Source: Octopus bimaculoides
Taxonomy: Eukaryota
Length of the DNA: 57,225 nt
NCBI RefSeq assembly: GCF_001194135.2
Contig: NC_068996.1
Coordinates: forward strand, 24,103,160 to 24,160,384
Direction: 5' to 3'
Within the stretch, counting starts at the first letter, position 1. Every line of letters starts with the position of its first letter. The position numbers and the translations under genes are program-made. This document shows positions 35,680 to 47,422 of this stretch, in pieces. Below the pieces are notes generated by a model. That model was not told where the DNA came from and ran no database searches. It worked only from the letters and a program-made list of their open reading frames with translations.

Positions 35680-35902
35680 CCTTTTGATTAACACATTTCT
35701 GATGTAACGTACAACCTTAGTTTCAACTAATTTTAAAAATAATGAAGTATTTAATAAAATAAAGTTGTCGTTATTAAGCTGGTGTTTGGAACTTGAATTA
35801 ACATGAAATTTTTATGTAAGGTTTCAGTTCAGATCACTTTATATCAAGAAGGTTAGTATCACAAAAATAAAGGTGGTCTTTAAATGGTTGGTATTAAAAA
35901 GT
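35680..35902. mobile_element. piggyBac-like TTAA MITE
   Basis: TTAA|ccttttgattaac ... gttggtattaaaaagt|TTAA. Confidence 0.55.
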
Positions 35903-36173
35903 TTAATATGCTTGGTTCAATCACACATGACAGATATAAATTTTTTCCATAAATTGCTTCCTAATGAATGGTGCAATGAAATACTTCAGGTTTACACCTC
36001 CCAAAATGTAGACTTTTCCAATGAAACCTTTTCCTAAAATATACACACATTTTATCCACTTTCAGTTGTAATAAACTTCAGACATTTCCAAACCAGGCTG
36101 TTGTTAGTGTTTTCTCCACCGCTTTGATACTGACTTCATGAGTAGTTCATCTACAAACACAGTTCACTGAAGC

Positions 36174-36429
36174 ATATGGCGTAGTGGTTAAGAATGCAGG
36201 CTACTAACCCCAAAATTTCGAGTTTGATTCCAGGCAATGACCTGAATAATAATAATAACAACAACAACAATAACAACAACAACAACATTGAAAAATACCT
36301 TAGGAATGAGAACCCAGGTTTAAAATTTCCCCAAGACACCTGATGAAGGCTGGAGGGTATATCAGCTGAAACGTTAACAACAAGCAAGATGAAGACAAAG
36401 ATCTGTCAATTGTAAATAATGTAAATAAT
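36174..36429 (+). mobile_element. tRNA-headed SINE with an HHR core in its 3' tail
   Basis: A box TGGCGTAGTGG, B box GAGTTTGATTCC, (AAT/AAC)n linker, CUGAUGA-A-GGCUG...CAGCU-GAAAC-GUU (36340-36375), (gtaaataat)2 tail, 12-bp TSD gttcactgaagc (36162-36173 and 36430-36441). Confidence 0.85.
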
Positions 36430-36679
36430 GTTCACTGAAGCTAGTTCTGTCATTTTTGAAGTCAGCATTGATTCTCCAATGAACAATTTAACATTGCTAA
36501 ATTATCTGATTTATCGCTTGTTTAGTCAACAACTGGAGAAACCCTCTAGACCTAGAGGGTTTGGGACATTCAAATGAAAAAAAAGACATTGCCATGCAAT
36601 ATTTATACTTAAACCATGGGAATCGATGTAGCTATGACCAATCAGAATATCAAGTGAGGTATCTGTACTTGTTAAGTGT

Positions 36680-37073
36680 TTGTTTCTCTGTTTCAATATC
36701 TATTGTCCAAGCGAATTATTGATTCACTTTCCTTCATCTTATTTGGTCGAATGTGGATTCAGTGCAGTTGACAATTTGTTGGAAGCCAAAAGAAACCAGC
36801 TTGAAATTACAAAATGTAGCAATTTACAGCTGAAGTTAATGAAATTGTCTCCTCAAATCAATGATCAGTGCTGCATGCACCAGGCACTGAGTTTTCACTA
36901 AATGAGTATCAGGGTATCTGTCAGTCAAGTAATTGAATTAAAAATCGTGTTTCTATATTAAAAAAAAAAGAAAATGTTGATGGGCACCAGATTTTTAGTT
37001 ATTAAAATGTGGGGCACTGGAAAATTTGTTATTAAAAATTGGGACACCGGAAAAAAGGTTGGGAAACACTGCT
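36680..37073 (+). mobile_element. Buster-family hAT 3' end
   Basis: FPSSYLVECGFSAV..LL..KRNQLEI..LQLKL..P.I..HQ..FH*, then TIR ggttgggaaacactg|ctctaggt. Confidence 0.8.
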
Positions 37074-37231
37074 CTAGGTATTTTGTGCCTTATTGTTTCA
37101 TTGGCTCAGGATATTGTCTCCTATCTCTTCGCTTCTCACTTTTTGGCTCTGACTCCTCTATGTCTTTGACATTTTTGCAGAAGGACTATTACTTTTGAAT
37201 AAATTTACTTTTTTATGGATTCTTCAGCAGT

Positions 37232-37546
37232 GAAGGCACATGGCATAGTGGTTAGGATATTCGGTTCACGATTGTAAGGTCGTAAGTTCAATTACAGGTA
37301 GCGTATTGTGTCTTTGAGCAAAACACTTTATTTCACATTGCTCCAGTCCACTCAGCTGGCAAGAATGAGTGGTACCTGTATTTCAAAGGGCCAGCTTTGT
37401 CACACTCTGTATCACGCTGAATCTCCCTAACAACTATATTAAGGGTACATGTGCCTGTATAGTGCTTGCCACTTGCAAGTTAATTTCATGTGCAGACTGT
37501 TCCATTGATCAATTGGAATCCTTGTCGTAACCAACGGAGTGCCAGT
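37232..37546 (+). mobile_element. Third tRNA-SINE family (conserved central domain unassigned)
   Basis: tggcatagtggttagg A box, gttcaatt B box, ttgtgtctttgagcaaaacactttatttcac domain, 3' gtcgtaaccaacggagtgcca. Confidence 0.75.
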
Positions 37547-38464
37547 TTTATATCTTCAGCATTTAATTCACTGTCAATATAAATGGTTTTATCTCCTTTA
37601 GCTAACAAATAAAATACTGTCAGACTTGCTTAATTACAGACTCATTATTAGACTTTATTCTTACAGAAAGTGGCTGTTATGGTAAAGTAATGTTTGTTTG
37701 AAGACTTCATATGTCTCATCATATAGCACTCCAGTTAGATGAAAATTATGACTTGAATACCTCATTTCATAATGCCTAAATATATGATAATCTTTATTCT
37801 TTTATCACTGCAATAGTCTTTCTGCATATTATGCAAAATACTCCAATTTTTTCTTTCAGTTGCAAAAATTTGCATTGTCCAATGGTCTTTGAATACATGA
37901 CATTCAGATTCAATTTTTCACGTTCACTTATTATAAACACACACACACACACAAATATGAATTCAATTTTTAGAGATTAATCAATATGCGGGTATTCTAT
38001 TTCAGATAATACAAAAATAACCTAATAAGTATATCTGATAGTAAACTGATGGTATCAGTTTGCACATCACAAAATAATACTTAAAGGATATAACCAAAAT
38101 TACCAGCAGGGTATATAAAATACTTCGTTAATTATATCCTTCTTTAGTTAATACTTATATTTATTAAATATGAAGGAACTACATGTGTTTCAGTACTGGA
38201 ACATTACGATATATATACATATGCACAACTGTATACCCATATATATACATATATAAATACATATATGCAATCATCAGATTTACAATTATTCCAACACATC
38301 TTCAAGTTCTATTTCAAAATATTATATATCTAATTTTACATCCCTTTAAAGATAAGCAATACAATTAAGCAGTAAAGATTAAAAATTAAGAATTAAAAAT
38401 TAAGAATAAAAATTATACTTTGTAATATTAAGAATTAAAATTTATAAATTATACATTATAAATA

Positions 38465-38902
38465 CTGTCCAAGCGTGATCATTGCCAGAGCAGCTGTCTG
38501 GCTTCCATGCTGGTGACACATAAACAGCACCATTTGAGTGTGATCGTTACCAGTGTCGCCTTACTGGCACTTGTACTGGTGACACGTTAGAAAATCATTT
38601 GAGCGAGTCATTGCCAGTGCTGCTGGACTGGCTCCTGTGCAGGTGGCACGTAAAAACCCCCATTTTGAGCGTGGCCGTTGCCAGTACTGCGTGACTGGCC
38701 CTCGTTCCAGTGGCATGTAAAAGCACCCACTACACTCTCAGAGTTGTTGGCGTTAGGAAGGGCATCCAGCTGTAGAAGCTCTGCCAAATCAGATTGGAGC
38801 CTGGTGTAGCCATCTGGTTTCACCAGTCCTCAGTCAAATCGTCCAACCCATGCTAGCATGGAAAGCGGACGTTAAACGATGATGATGATGATGATGATGA
38901 TG
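38465..38902 (+). mobile_element. RTE 3' UTR insertion inside the left pLTR
   Basis: Tandem UTR units and (GAT)n tail; absent from the right pLTR. Confidence 0.9.
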
Positions 38903-39336
38903 ATCAATCATGTAAAATCAAGTATATGTCAAATACAGAATGTGAGATATAAGATTAAACATCAGAATAAAAATGTCTGTGTTTAACTGTGATATATAAC
39001 AAGAAAAATTCAAATACATATCTTCCTTTTTTTGCTGGTACTAAAATGGTGATTTGAGAAAGAAGATAGCAGGGAACTATGGGTATTTATAGGTGAATAG
39101 CATCAAGAGGGGTAATTACACTATACATAGTTTTGATTTTAAATTATCCTCTATTATTATTTTCAAATTTACCTATATTGGGAGGTATATATAATTTGTT
39201 ATTATATAATTTTAGTAATATTTAATTCATATATCTATTTTATTTAAATTATTGTATTTTTGTTATTTATTTATATAGTCTATTCAAGTGCTTTAGAAAT
39301 AAAATTATGTGGTTATATGATTCAGGGGTTGGTGGT

Positions 39337-41815
39337 TCAGTACTTTATTTTACTAAATGTAAAATTACTTCGGTGCCTACACTTTACTCCTCATTCATCA
39401 TGTGCGTTTAGTCATTCATCTCTAGACTGTAGTAGTTTCATAAATTCAGTTATGCATAATAAACACATTTTATTCTCAATATTATTGGAGTGGGCTCAAC
39501 CTATTTTACTCCAATGAAGGGTGTACTCTCTTTTTCTAGATTTTAATTTCCATATATATTTACTTAAACCTGTAGACTTACTTAAGTTGGGATTTTTAAA
39601 GGTCTGGTAGTGTTGGGATATTCTTTTTTAAATTTCAATAGCTGTTGATCCAATATAAACCTTATTTATAATTTTATTATTATTGTTCTTCAAGCTAACT
39701 ATACATTTATAAATTACATTACCGATATTACAATTATTAGAGAGCTTGCATTTAATCTTATCATGGCATGAACATTTTTCTATATGTTGATTAAGACTTC
39801 TATCACTATCAGTTATATTATGGCTAGAGCTATTATTTATTATGCTATAATAATAATTATTTAATTTCTTATTATTTATAGACGAAATGATATTGTCTAC
39901 ATTTCTCGATGTTGAGTATCCCACTCTTATGGTTTTATTGGAAAATATATTTGAATAACTATTATCCTTTTTAAAAACCATTTTTACTATTTTAAGTGTC
40001 TTCTTAATAATATTGGTCATAACTTGATCCCCATATGGAATAATTAACCACATAATATCCTTTTTATTTTTTATATTTTTATATTATCATTATTAGTAGA
40101 CATCATCGGTATTAAATTGTTATTCTTAGCTATATTATATCTCTTTATGTATACTTTACTATGTTTCTTACTATTGCTCATATTCTCATTATCATTATTA
40201 CTGTTATTATTGTAATCATTATTAACAACTATATTATTTTTATCTTTATTTAGTTTGTTATATTATCTTTTATTATTATACATATTTTTACTGTTAGATT
40301 TATTATTAGTTTTATTAGGAATACTTGTTATATTGTTATTATTATTATTAATGTGTTCATAATAATTAAAGAAGTTTATATTAGAGTTGTATCCTGCTTC
40401 TTTTAATGCCTTATTATAATATGGGGCATGCTTATTAAGAGTGTCATAATCTGAGGATAGCATAGATATTCTTTTGCCTGTATTATTTATTAAGGCTTAT
40501 TTAACTGATTTAGGATGGTTACTTGAAGAACTAATATACTTTAGGTTTTCATTCAACTTACGGAATGGATGGATCTTATCAGTGACTATATTAAAGTTGA
40601 CGTCTAGATAATTTACTGCATAATATTCATTCTCTATAGATATTCCTAGGCCATTATTCTTAAAGGACTTGTACATTTTCTTCTTAAGGCATTCTAATGA
40701 CCTATATACAATTCCTAGTTATAAGTAGTAAGTCATTCCTATAAAGACCACCCTCTATATTCGTGAATTCTATTTCTAGTTCAGATAAGAGATATAAACC
40801 TACAAGATAGGTAACCTCGGCTGAATCTGGGGCACCCATGGGTATATCAAAACAATCTCTAGTGTCTTTTCTTGCCCATAGTTTATCTTTATATTTTATA
40901 ATGGACTTCCTCACAGCCAACACTACTTTTACTTCTTCAAATGACATATTTACCTTTCTCATGGCACATGATAGGGCCTTATTTAAAACCACTTCATTTA
41001 TAGATGAATAATAATTCTCCATATCAATTTGAAGGAATTTACATCTATTTTTATCCTTAATATTGTTAAACCATTTTATAGTATCTCGGATACAATTCCA
41101 GAGTTTAAGGTTACCTAACTTATTTAATTTACCTATATATTTATCCAATATTAATTTACTAAGTCTACCTATATCCGACTTGCTAGGGCATATTACTTGG
41201 GGGTTTGAGTAAAAATTAGCCTTATGGTCTTTAATTGTTATTCTTGGATGCATCGGGACATATGGTTCACTTCTATTTTCAATACCATATTTAACCATGA
41301 TTTTTTTGGAAATTATGTTAATATTATCTAAATAATTTTTATTAACTACCTCATATTTTTTCATTATTGCCTTTTCTAGTAGTTTATCATAAAGTGGTAT
41401 ATCCAGTCTATATAAATTCCTGGTCTTATCAGATTGCACTATAACTCCATCCTGGTTCTTTAATATTTCTATTTTTCTAGCTAAGTTGCTGAGGTGCTTG
41501 TTGTGTCTGTTAGGGTATTTTTTGAATTTGAATCCATATTTTCTCCTCAAAGTCCTGTATAATTCTATTATTGGGAGGTTCCTGCCTAGACTTGAAGTTT
41601 CTCTTTATACAATCTATATCTTCCATTTTAGTATTATTCTTATTAGGATTGTTGTTATTGTAGTAGTGAGTCTTCCATTTCATTCTATTTATAAAGTTTT
41701 TTAGCTGTTTAATTAGGTCCTGTATATATTCTTCCCTACTGAGAATTGGTATATCCTTCGAAGATGAGTTCCACTCTATCGCCTCAATCCTACCTGAAAG
41801 ATCCATTTCTGACAT
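39337..41815 (-). pseudogene. PLE polyprotein: RT, CxC-x5-C-x5-C linker and C-terminal GIY-YIG endonuclease (frameshifts and stops)
   Basis: RMKWK, SDKT, ITIKDHK, FDIPMGAPDSAEV..LVGLYLL, GLYRND, SNHP, CSCHDKIKCKLSNNC, NVIYKC..VYIGST, FKKRISQH, CLLC..CRH. Confidence 0.9.
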
Positions 41816-42715
41816 ATATAAGAAGTCCTAGTGGTGGTAGAACCAATTGTATGATTAATATAAATAACTTGGGAAAACAAATTTCCTAATCAATCAGGTG
41901 CAACCCTTCAGTGTTATGTGCATCTATATATCATACTTTGAGGTCTTATTTATCGTATATTTATATATTTATCGATAAATATACAAAGTATCTGATAAAA
42001 GTCAATATTAATTCAGTTTTGGGGGATTAATCAATATGCGGGTATTCTATTTCAGATAATACAAAAATAGCCTAATGAGAATATCTGACAGTAAACTTAT
42101 GGTATCAGTTTGCACATCACAAAATAATACTTAAAGGATATAATCAAAATTACCAGCAGGGTATATAAAATACTTCATTAATTATATCATACTTTAGTTA
42201 ATACTTATATTTATTAAATATGAAGGAACTACACATGTTTCAGTATTGGAAGATTACAATATATACACATATACACAACTGTATACCCATATATATACAT
42301 ATATAAATACATATATGCAATCATCAGATTTACAATTATTCCAACACATCTTCAAGTTCTATTTCAAAATATTATATATCTAATTTTACATTCTTTTAGA
42401 AATAAGCAATACAATTAAGCATTAAAGATTAAAAATTTAGAATTAAAAATTAAGAATAAAAATTATACTTTGTAATATTAAGAATTAAAATTTATAAATT
42501 ATACATTATAAATATGAATTAGTATATATATCAATCATGTAAAATCAAGTATGTGTCAAATACAGAATGTGAGATATAAGATTAAACATCAGAATAAAAA
42601 TGTCTGTGTTTAACTGTAATATATAACAAGAAAAATTCAAATACATAACATATATATATGATATAATATAATATGATATAATATAATATAATATAACATA
42701 ATGTAATATAATATA

Positions 42716-43896
42716 TTGGGTTGAAGCAAAAGTTTGTGCTGTTCTTTAGTCGGTAGTGTTTTAAATATGTGAATTCATTTCTTACATGACAGGAGCATAT
42801 GACTATATTTTCTGAAAGGTGACATTTCAGCACATGTTTCTATAGGATTTCTGTGTAGATCGCTTTTTTCTATTGTTTTCACATTAATAGGGAAAATGAA
42901 GGAAAACGTGTGAGATATAAAAAAAAAAAAAAAACAGCTCTATACAATAGCAAAAAATAACAGTTTGCAGAGATGGTGCCATAACTGGTAGGACAGTTCA
43001 TAAGTGGTTCGCTAGATTTAGGAGTGAAAATTTTTATTTAGAAGACAATGAACATTTTGACAGGCTTACATTCTTTGATGATGAGCAAACTGAAACACTA
43101 ATCAAAAATAATCCAGGTCACATAACATAAAACAACACATAGATACTCCACAAATCTCAGACAAGTGTTACAAGGCATTTAAAAGTACATTTAAAACCAA
43201 TATTGTAGCTGTGGCCAATACCCCCTGACTGGCTCCCATGCCAGTGGCACGTAAAAAGTACCATCCAAACATGGTCAATGCCAGGTCCGTCTGACTGGCT
43301 CCTGTGCCAGTGGCACATAAAAAGCACTATCCAAACATTATTGATGCCAGGCCCACCTGACTGGCTCCTGTGCTGGTGGCACATAAAAAGCACCCACTGC
43401 ACTCTCAGAGTGGTTGGTATTAGGAAGGGCATCCAACTGTAGAAATATTGCCAGATCAGTTTAGAGCCTGGTGCAGTCGCTGGCTCTCCAGACCTCAGTC
43501 AAACTGTCCAACCCATGCCAGCATGGAAAACGGATGTTAAACGATGATGATGATGAAACAAACGATGATGATTAGATATGTCACTTGCTGATACTTTGGG
43601 ATCTCATAATTTGAGGGAAAAAAATTTAATGGACCACATTCTTTGTTCAAATGGCACAAAATGGACTAATTTTTGTAAGTGGGCACAGTTGATAAAAAAT
43701 AGATTGTTTACAAGAACGTGAAGTGAAGAATGTTCTGGAAGAAACAGAATGAACCACCTTTAGTCTCTCTCAAAGCCAGTCAGTGTCTGGTGTGATTTGA
43801 AGGACATTGTATATTACTAGTGCCTTTCACAAAATCAGACAATTAGAGCAATTAAAAGAAGCAATTGGTAAAAAAATGTTCAGAATTGGTCAATCA
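42716..43896 (+). mobile_element. Mariner element (decayed), interrupted by an RTE UTR and ending in a gap
   Basis: TA|ttgggttg TIR-like start; KWFARFRSENF.LED, LIKNNPGH, EKNLMD, IVYKNVK..W.KQNEPP, VWCDLKDIVYY. Confidence 0.8.
43193..43572 (+). mobile_element. RTE 3' UTR insertion
   Basis: About 53-bp units ctgactggctcctgtgccagtggcacataaaaagcac.; tail ggaaaacggatgttaaacgatgatg. Confidence 0.88.
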
Positions 43897-46545
43897 NNNN
43901 NNNNNNNNNNNNNNNNNNNNNNNNNNNNNNNNNNNNNNNNNNNGCCACCACCAAAATGCCCAAAATTTGTGGGAGGGGTATAATCAATTGTAGTTACCCC
44001 TGTACTTGACTGGTACAATATTTTATTAGCTCTGAAAAGATGAAAGGCAAATAATAACAACAACAACAACAACAACAACAATAATAAGAGAAGTCCGCAG
44101 TAAATAATGAACATCATGGATGTGTATCAGTGAGTTCCCTGTGAGGAAAGATTAAATCTAAGATCATTGCCAAGTAGGATACAAGAAACCACAAAAAAAA
44201 ATTAACGTAAACTGTTTTATTGTAAGTTATCCCAGGAAACCAAAAGATATCTTTCATATATGAAATATGTGATGCATAGTTTCTTCCAGATGCATTGCCA
44301 CAGCAAAATGTGCATGAAAATGTAAACAACATGAGGAGCTGTGAGATCCATATATAACAGAACTGAACAAAACTGTGATTACAAGAATTAATCACATGCA
44401 TTCCCATTTCTACATATATAGACATTGCTGCTTCTCACTTATACATCACCAAATATAATGTTTATACAATTCATATATGAATTCACATGTAATTCTCATA
44501 TAAATGTGAACAAAACAAACTTCAAATGCACAGTATTTAAATGTCTTTAATAAAGATGCAACAAGTTACATTTTAAACAGTAGAAGGGACACTTGTGCTT
44601 GGTGATAAAGCTACCAAGAAGAAACAGCAGTGAATTTCATTCTGTGAGCTATAGGCAATTGTGACACAAAAGAAGCCTCAGCACATATCCAGAGGCAGTG
44701 TTTTATCAAAAAGTTAACACTAAACAAACACACCCATCTCTTAATGTCACTGCCCAAATGAAAAACAAATGAGAATAATGGACAGAAGGTGACTACATCG
44801 AAGTGCTACATACATTTTATAATGCAATACTACACTCAAAATATGCAGGAACAATAAAGGAAACATATGCGATATGGAGGAAAATTGATAAAGATATAAA
44901 GAAAAACAAAATACACTTCCAAATGTTTAATGGTACATCTTATGAGAAAGGAAAGTTCCCAAAATCAAAATAGACAATCTCATACAGTAAATATCCAATA
45001 AAATAAACAACCCCCACAATATGTACTCTGCAGGTTGGATACACAACAGAAGAAGAGAAGTCACATTACACACACAACACACAATACAAACACTAATACA
45101 ACAAAAGACTGAAGCCAAAATCTATAACAAAACAAACTGATGCAATACAATACAGGAAAGAGTTTGCGCTTTCTCCAAAAGACCCACAATACTGCACACA
45201 CCTCAGCAACCCGATGGTGTTGCAAGTGATGCAGTAGAAATTGGTCTGAAACCATCATATGTCAAATAATAATAATGATGATGATAGGAATAACAATAAT
45301 AATAAAAGAAAAATCAACATCAAGTAGATGAGTTGAAGGAAGTAATGACTAAAGAGGAAAGAAGATTACCAGCTTTAAAAGGTGTTAATAGAAGAAAATT
45401 GCTAGATATAACTAGGAAAGTAGATTTTGTTATCAGTAGGATAGATACTAAAAATATAGGTGTCACTGACTTATTGGTTTATGCAGGAAGGGTAGTAGTT
45501 ACTAGCAGACTAGATATTCCTCAAGAAAAGAATAGGAAGGAGCAGATGTGGAAAAGGAGATTAGAAAATAAAGTGAAGACTTTAAGACAAGATGTGAGTA
45601 GAATAGAAGCCTAGAAACACGACAAGTTAAGAAACACAAGATTTTAATTTTCTGAGAAAAAAATACTTAATCAAAGAGAAAGGTTTGGGATAATCATGGA
45701 AGAGCTGAAACAACGCATCATAGCAATACCAGGTAAGCTTTCCAGATATCAGAAAAGAATAGATCAGTATCAACAGAACAAATTGTTTGAGATACTCCAG
45801 AGGAGATTTTATTACCAAATAAATAGTGCAGAAGAAACAACTGAAAATGAGAAATCTAATGTAGAAGAAGCTAGAAAAATCTGGAATGATATTTGGAATA
45901 AACCAGTTAATCATAAGGATGCAGCATGGTTACAGAAAGTGAGAGAAGAAATAGTTAGTGAGAAACAGCCAGACTTAAATCTAAGTAGTGCATTAATGAG
46001 TAAAGTGTTAGGAAGAATGCTGAATTGGAAGGGCCCAGGACCTGATTTAGTTTAAGGGTACTGGTTAAAGAAATTTAGTAGCTTACATGAGAGACTGTAG
46101 GAACAACATCAGAATTGCCTGAATGGAGAAGTCGTACTTTATTGGATGACTAGAGGAAGAACAGTGCCCCTTATGAAAGACAAAAGCAAGGGCAATACAG
46201 CTAGTAATTATAGACCAATCACTTGCTTACTATTAGTGTGGAAACTGTTAACAGGAATGCTCTCAGAAAGCATTTATGTATACACCTTGACAGCCAGAAT
46301 TACTTCTAGAAGAACAGAAAAGTTGTAGGAAGGAGGCTAGAGGAATGTATGATTTATTACACAGACAGCAGTTCTGAAAGAAGTGAAATCCAGAAAGAAA
46401 AATTTAACAATGGCATGGATAGATTATAAGAAAGCCTAAGACATGATTCCACACTAATGTTAGAGAATATTCAGTATTGCAAACAATATAAAAGAGTTGA
46501 TTAGCTATACAGCAAGAAGAAATGGAAAGTAGATATTCACTCAGT

Positions 46546-46815
46546 CAATGTGAATACCCGTCAGAGTGTAAGTATCTTGAGAGAAAAGCTGAACATTAGA
46601 AGCATCAGTTGTGGCGTGCAAGAGAGACGATTGCGCTGGTATGGACATGTGGTGAGAATGGAGGAGGATAGCTGCGTGAAAAAGTGCCACACCCTAACAG
46701 TTGAGGGAACCCGTGGAAGAGGTAGGCCCAGGAAGACCTGGGCTGAGGTGGTGAGGCAAGACCTTCGTACATTGGGCCTCACCGAGGCGATGACTACTGA
46801 CCGAGACCTTTGGAA
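46546..46815 (+). mobile_element. Relatively intact RTE 3' fragment nested in R4
   Basis: QERRLRWYGHVVRMEEDSCVKKCHTLTVEGTRGRGRPRKTW. Confidence 0.92.
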
Positions 46816-47422
46816 NNNNNNNNNNNNNNNNNNNNNNNNNNNNNNNNNNNNNNNNNNNNNNNNNNNNNNNNNNNNNNNNNNNNNNNNNNNNNNNNNNNNN
46901 NNNNNNNNNNNNNNNNNNNNNNNNNNNNNNNNNNNNNNNNNNNNNNNNNNNNNNNNNNNNNNNNNNNNNNNNNNNNNNNNNNNNNNNNNNNNNNNNNNNN
47001 NNNNNNNNNNNNNNNNNNNNNNNNNNNNNNNNNNNNNNNNNNNNNNNNNNNNNNNNNNNNNNNNNNNNNNNNNNNNNNNNNNNNNNNNNNNNNNNNNNNN
47101 NNNNNNNNNNNNNNNNNNNNNNNNNNNNNNNNNNNNNNNNNNNNNNNNNNNNNNNNNNNNNNNNNNNNNNNNNNNNNNNNNNNNNNNNNNNNNNNNNNNN
47201 NNNNNNNNNNNNNNNNNNNNNNNNNNNNNNNNNNNNNNNNNNNNNNNNNNNNNNNNNNNNNNNNNNNNNNNNNNNNNNNNNNNNNNNNNNNNNNNNNNNN
47301 NNNNNNNNNNNNNNNNNNNNNNNNNNNNNNNNNNNNNNNNNNNNNNNNNNNNNNNNNNNNNNNNNNNNNNNNNNNNNNNNNNNNNNNNNAGATGACCTGA
47401 AGCTTTTTAGTAAGAATATAAA

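Larger units (their letters stand above)
35100..36540 (-). pseudogene. hAT transposase of SPIN/GTF2IRD2 type, interrupted by a MITE and a SINE
   Basis: Remnants INADFK.TELAS, VFHCTIH, HQFQTF.EEMESE..LPNHTVV..LSSGKV, WLWKLAPLTDLITHLNE. Confidence 0.7.
37960..42647 (-). mobile_element. Near full-length Penelope-like element with direct pLTRs
   Basis: Direct repeats at about 37960-39020 (interrupted) and 42010-42647 flank an RT-GIY-YIG ORF; both ends abut microsatellites. Confidence 0.9.

Noticed and set aside
36174-36245. tRNA gene
   Set aside because: The head is part of a TSD-flanked SINE, with no proper acceptor stem and a mutated B box; no genuine tRNA or rRNA gene was seen in the window.
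38043-38061. Perfect hairpin AAACTGAT-GGT-ATCAGTTT in the pLTR
   Set aside because: It has a mismatch in the other pLTR and no function can be assigned.
39391-39498. Three in-frame TGA codons in the PLE endonuclease as possible selenocysteines (as in some Naiad PLEs)
   Set aside because: They are not at Cys positions, are consistent with CGA-to-TGA decay, and the ORF also has frameshifts.
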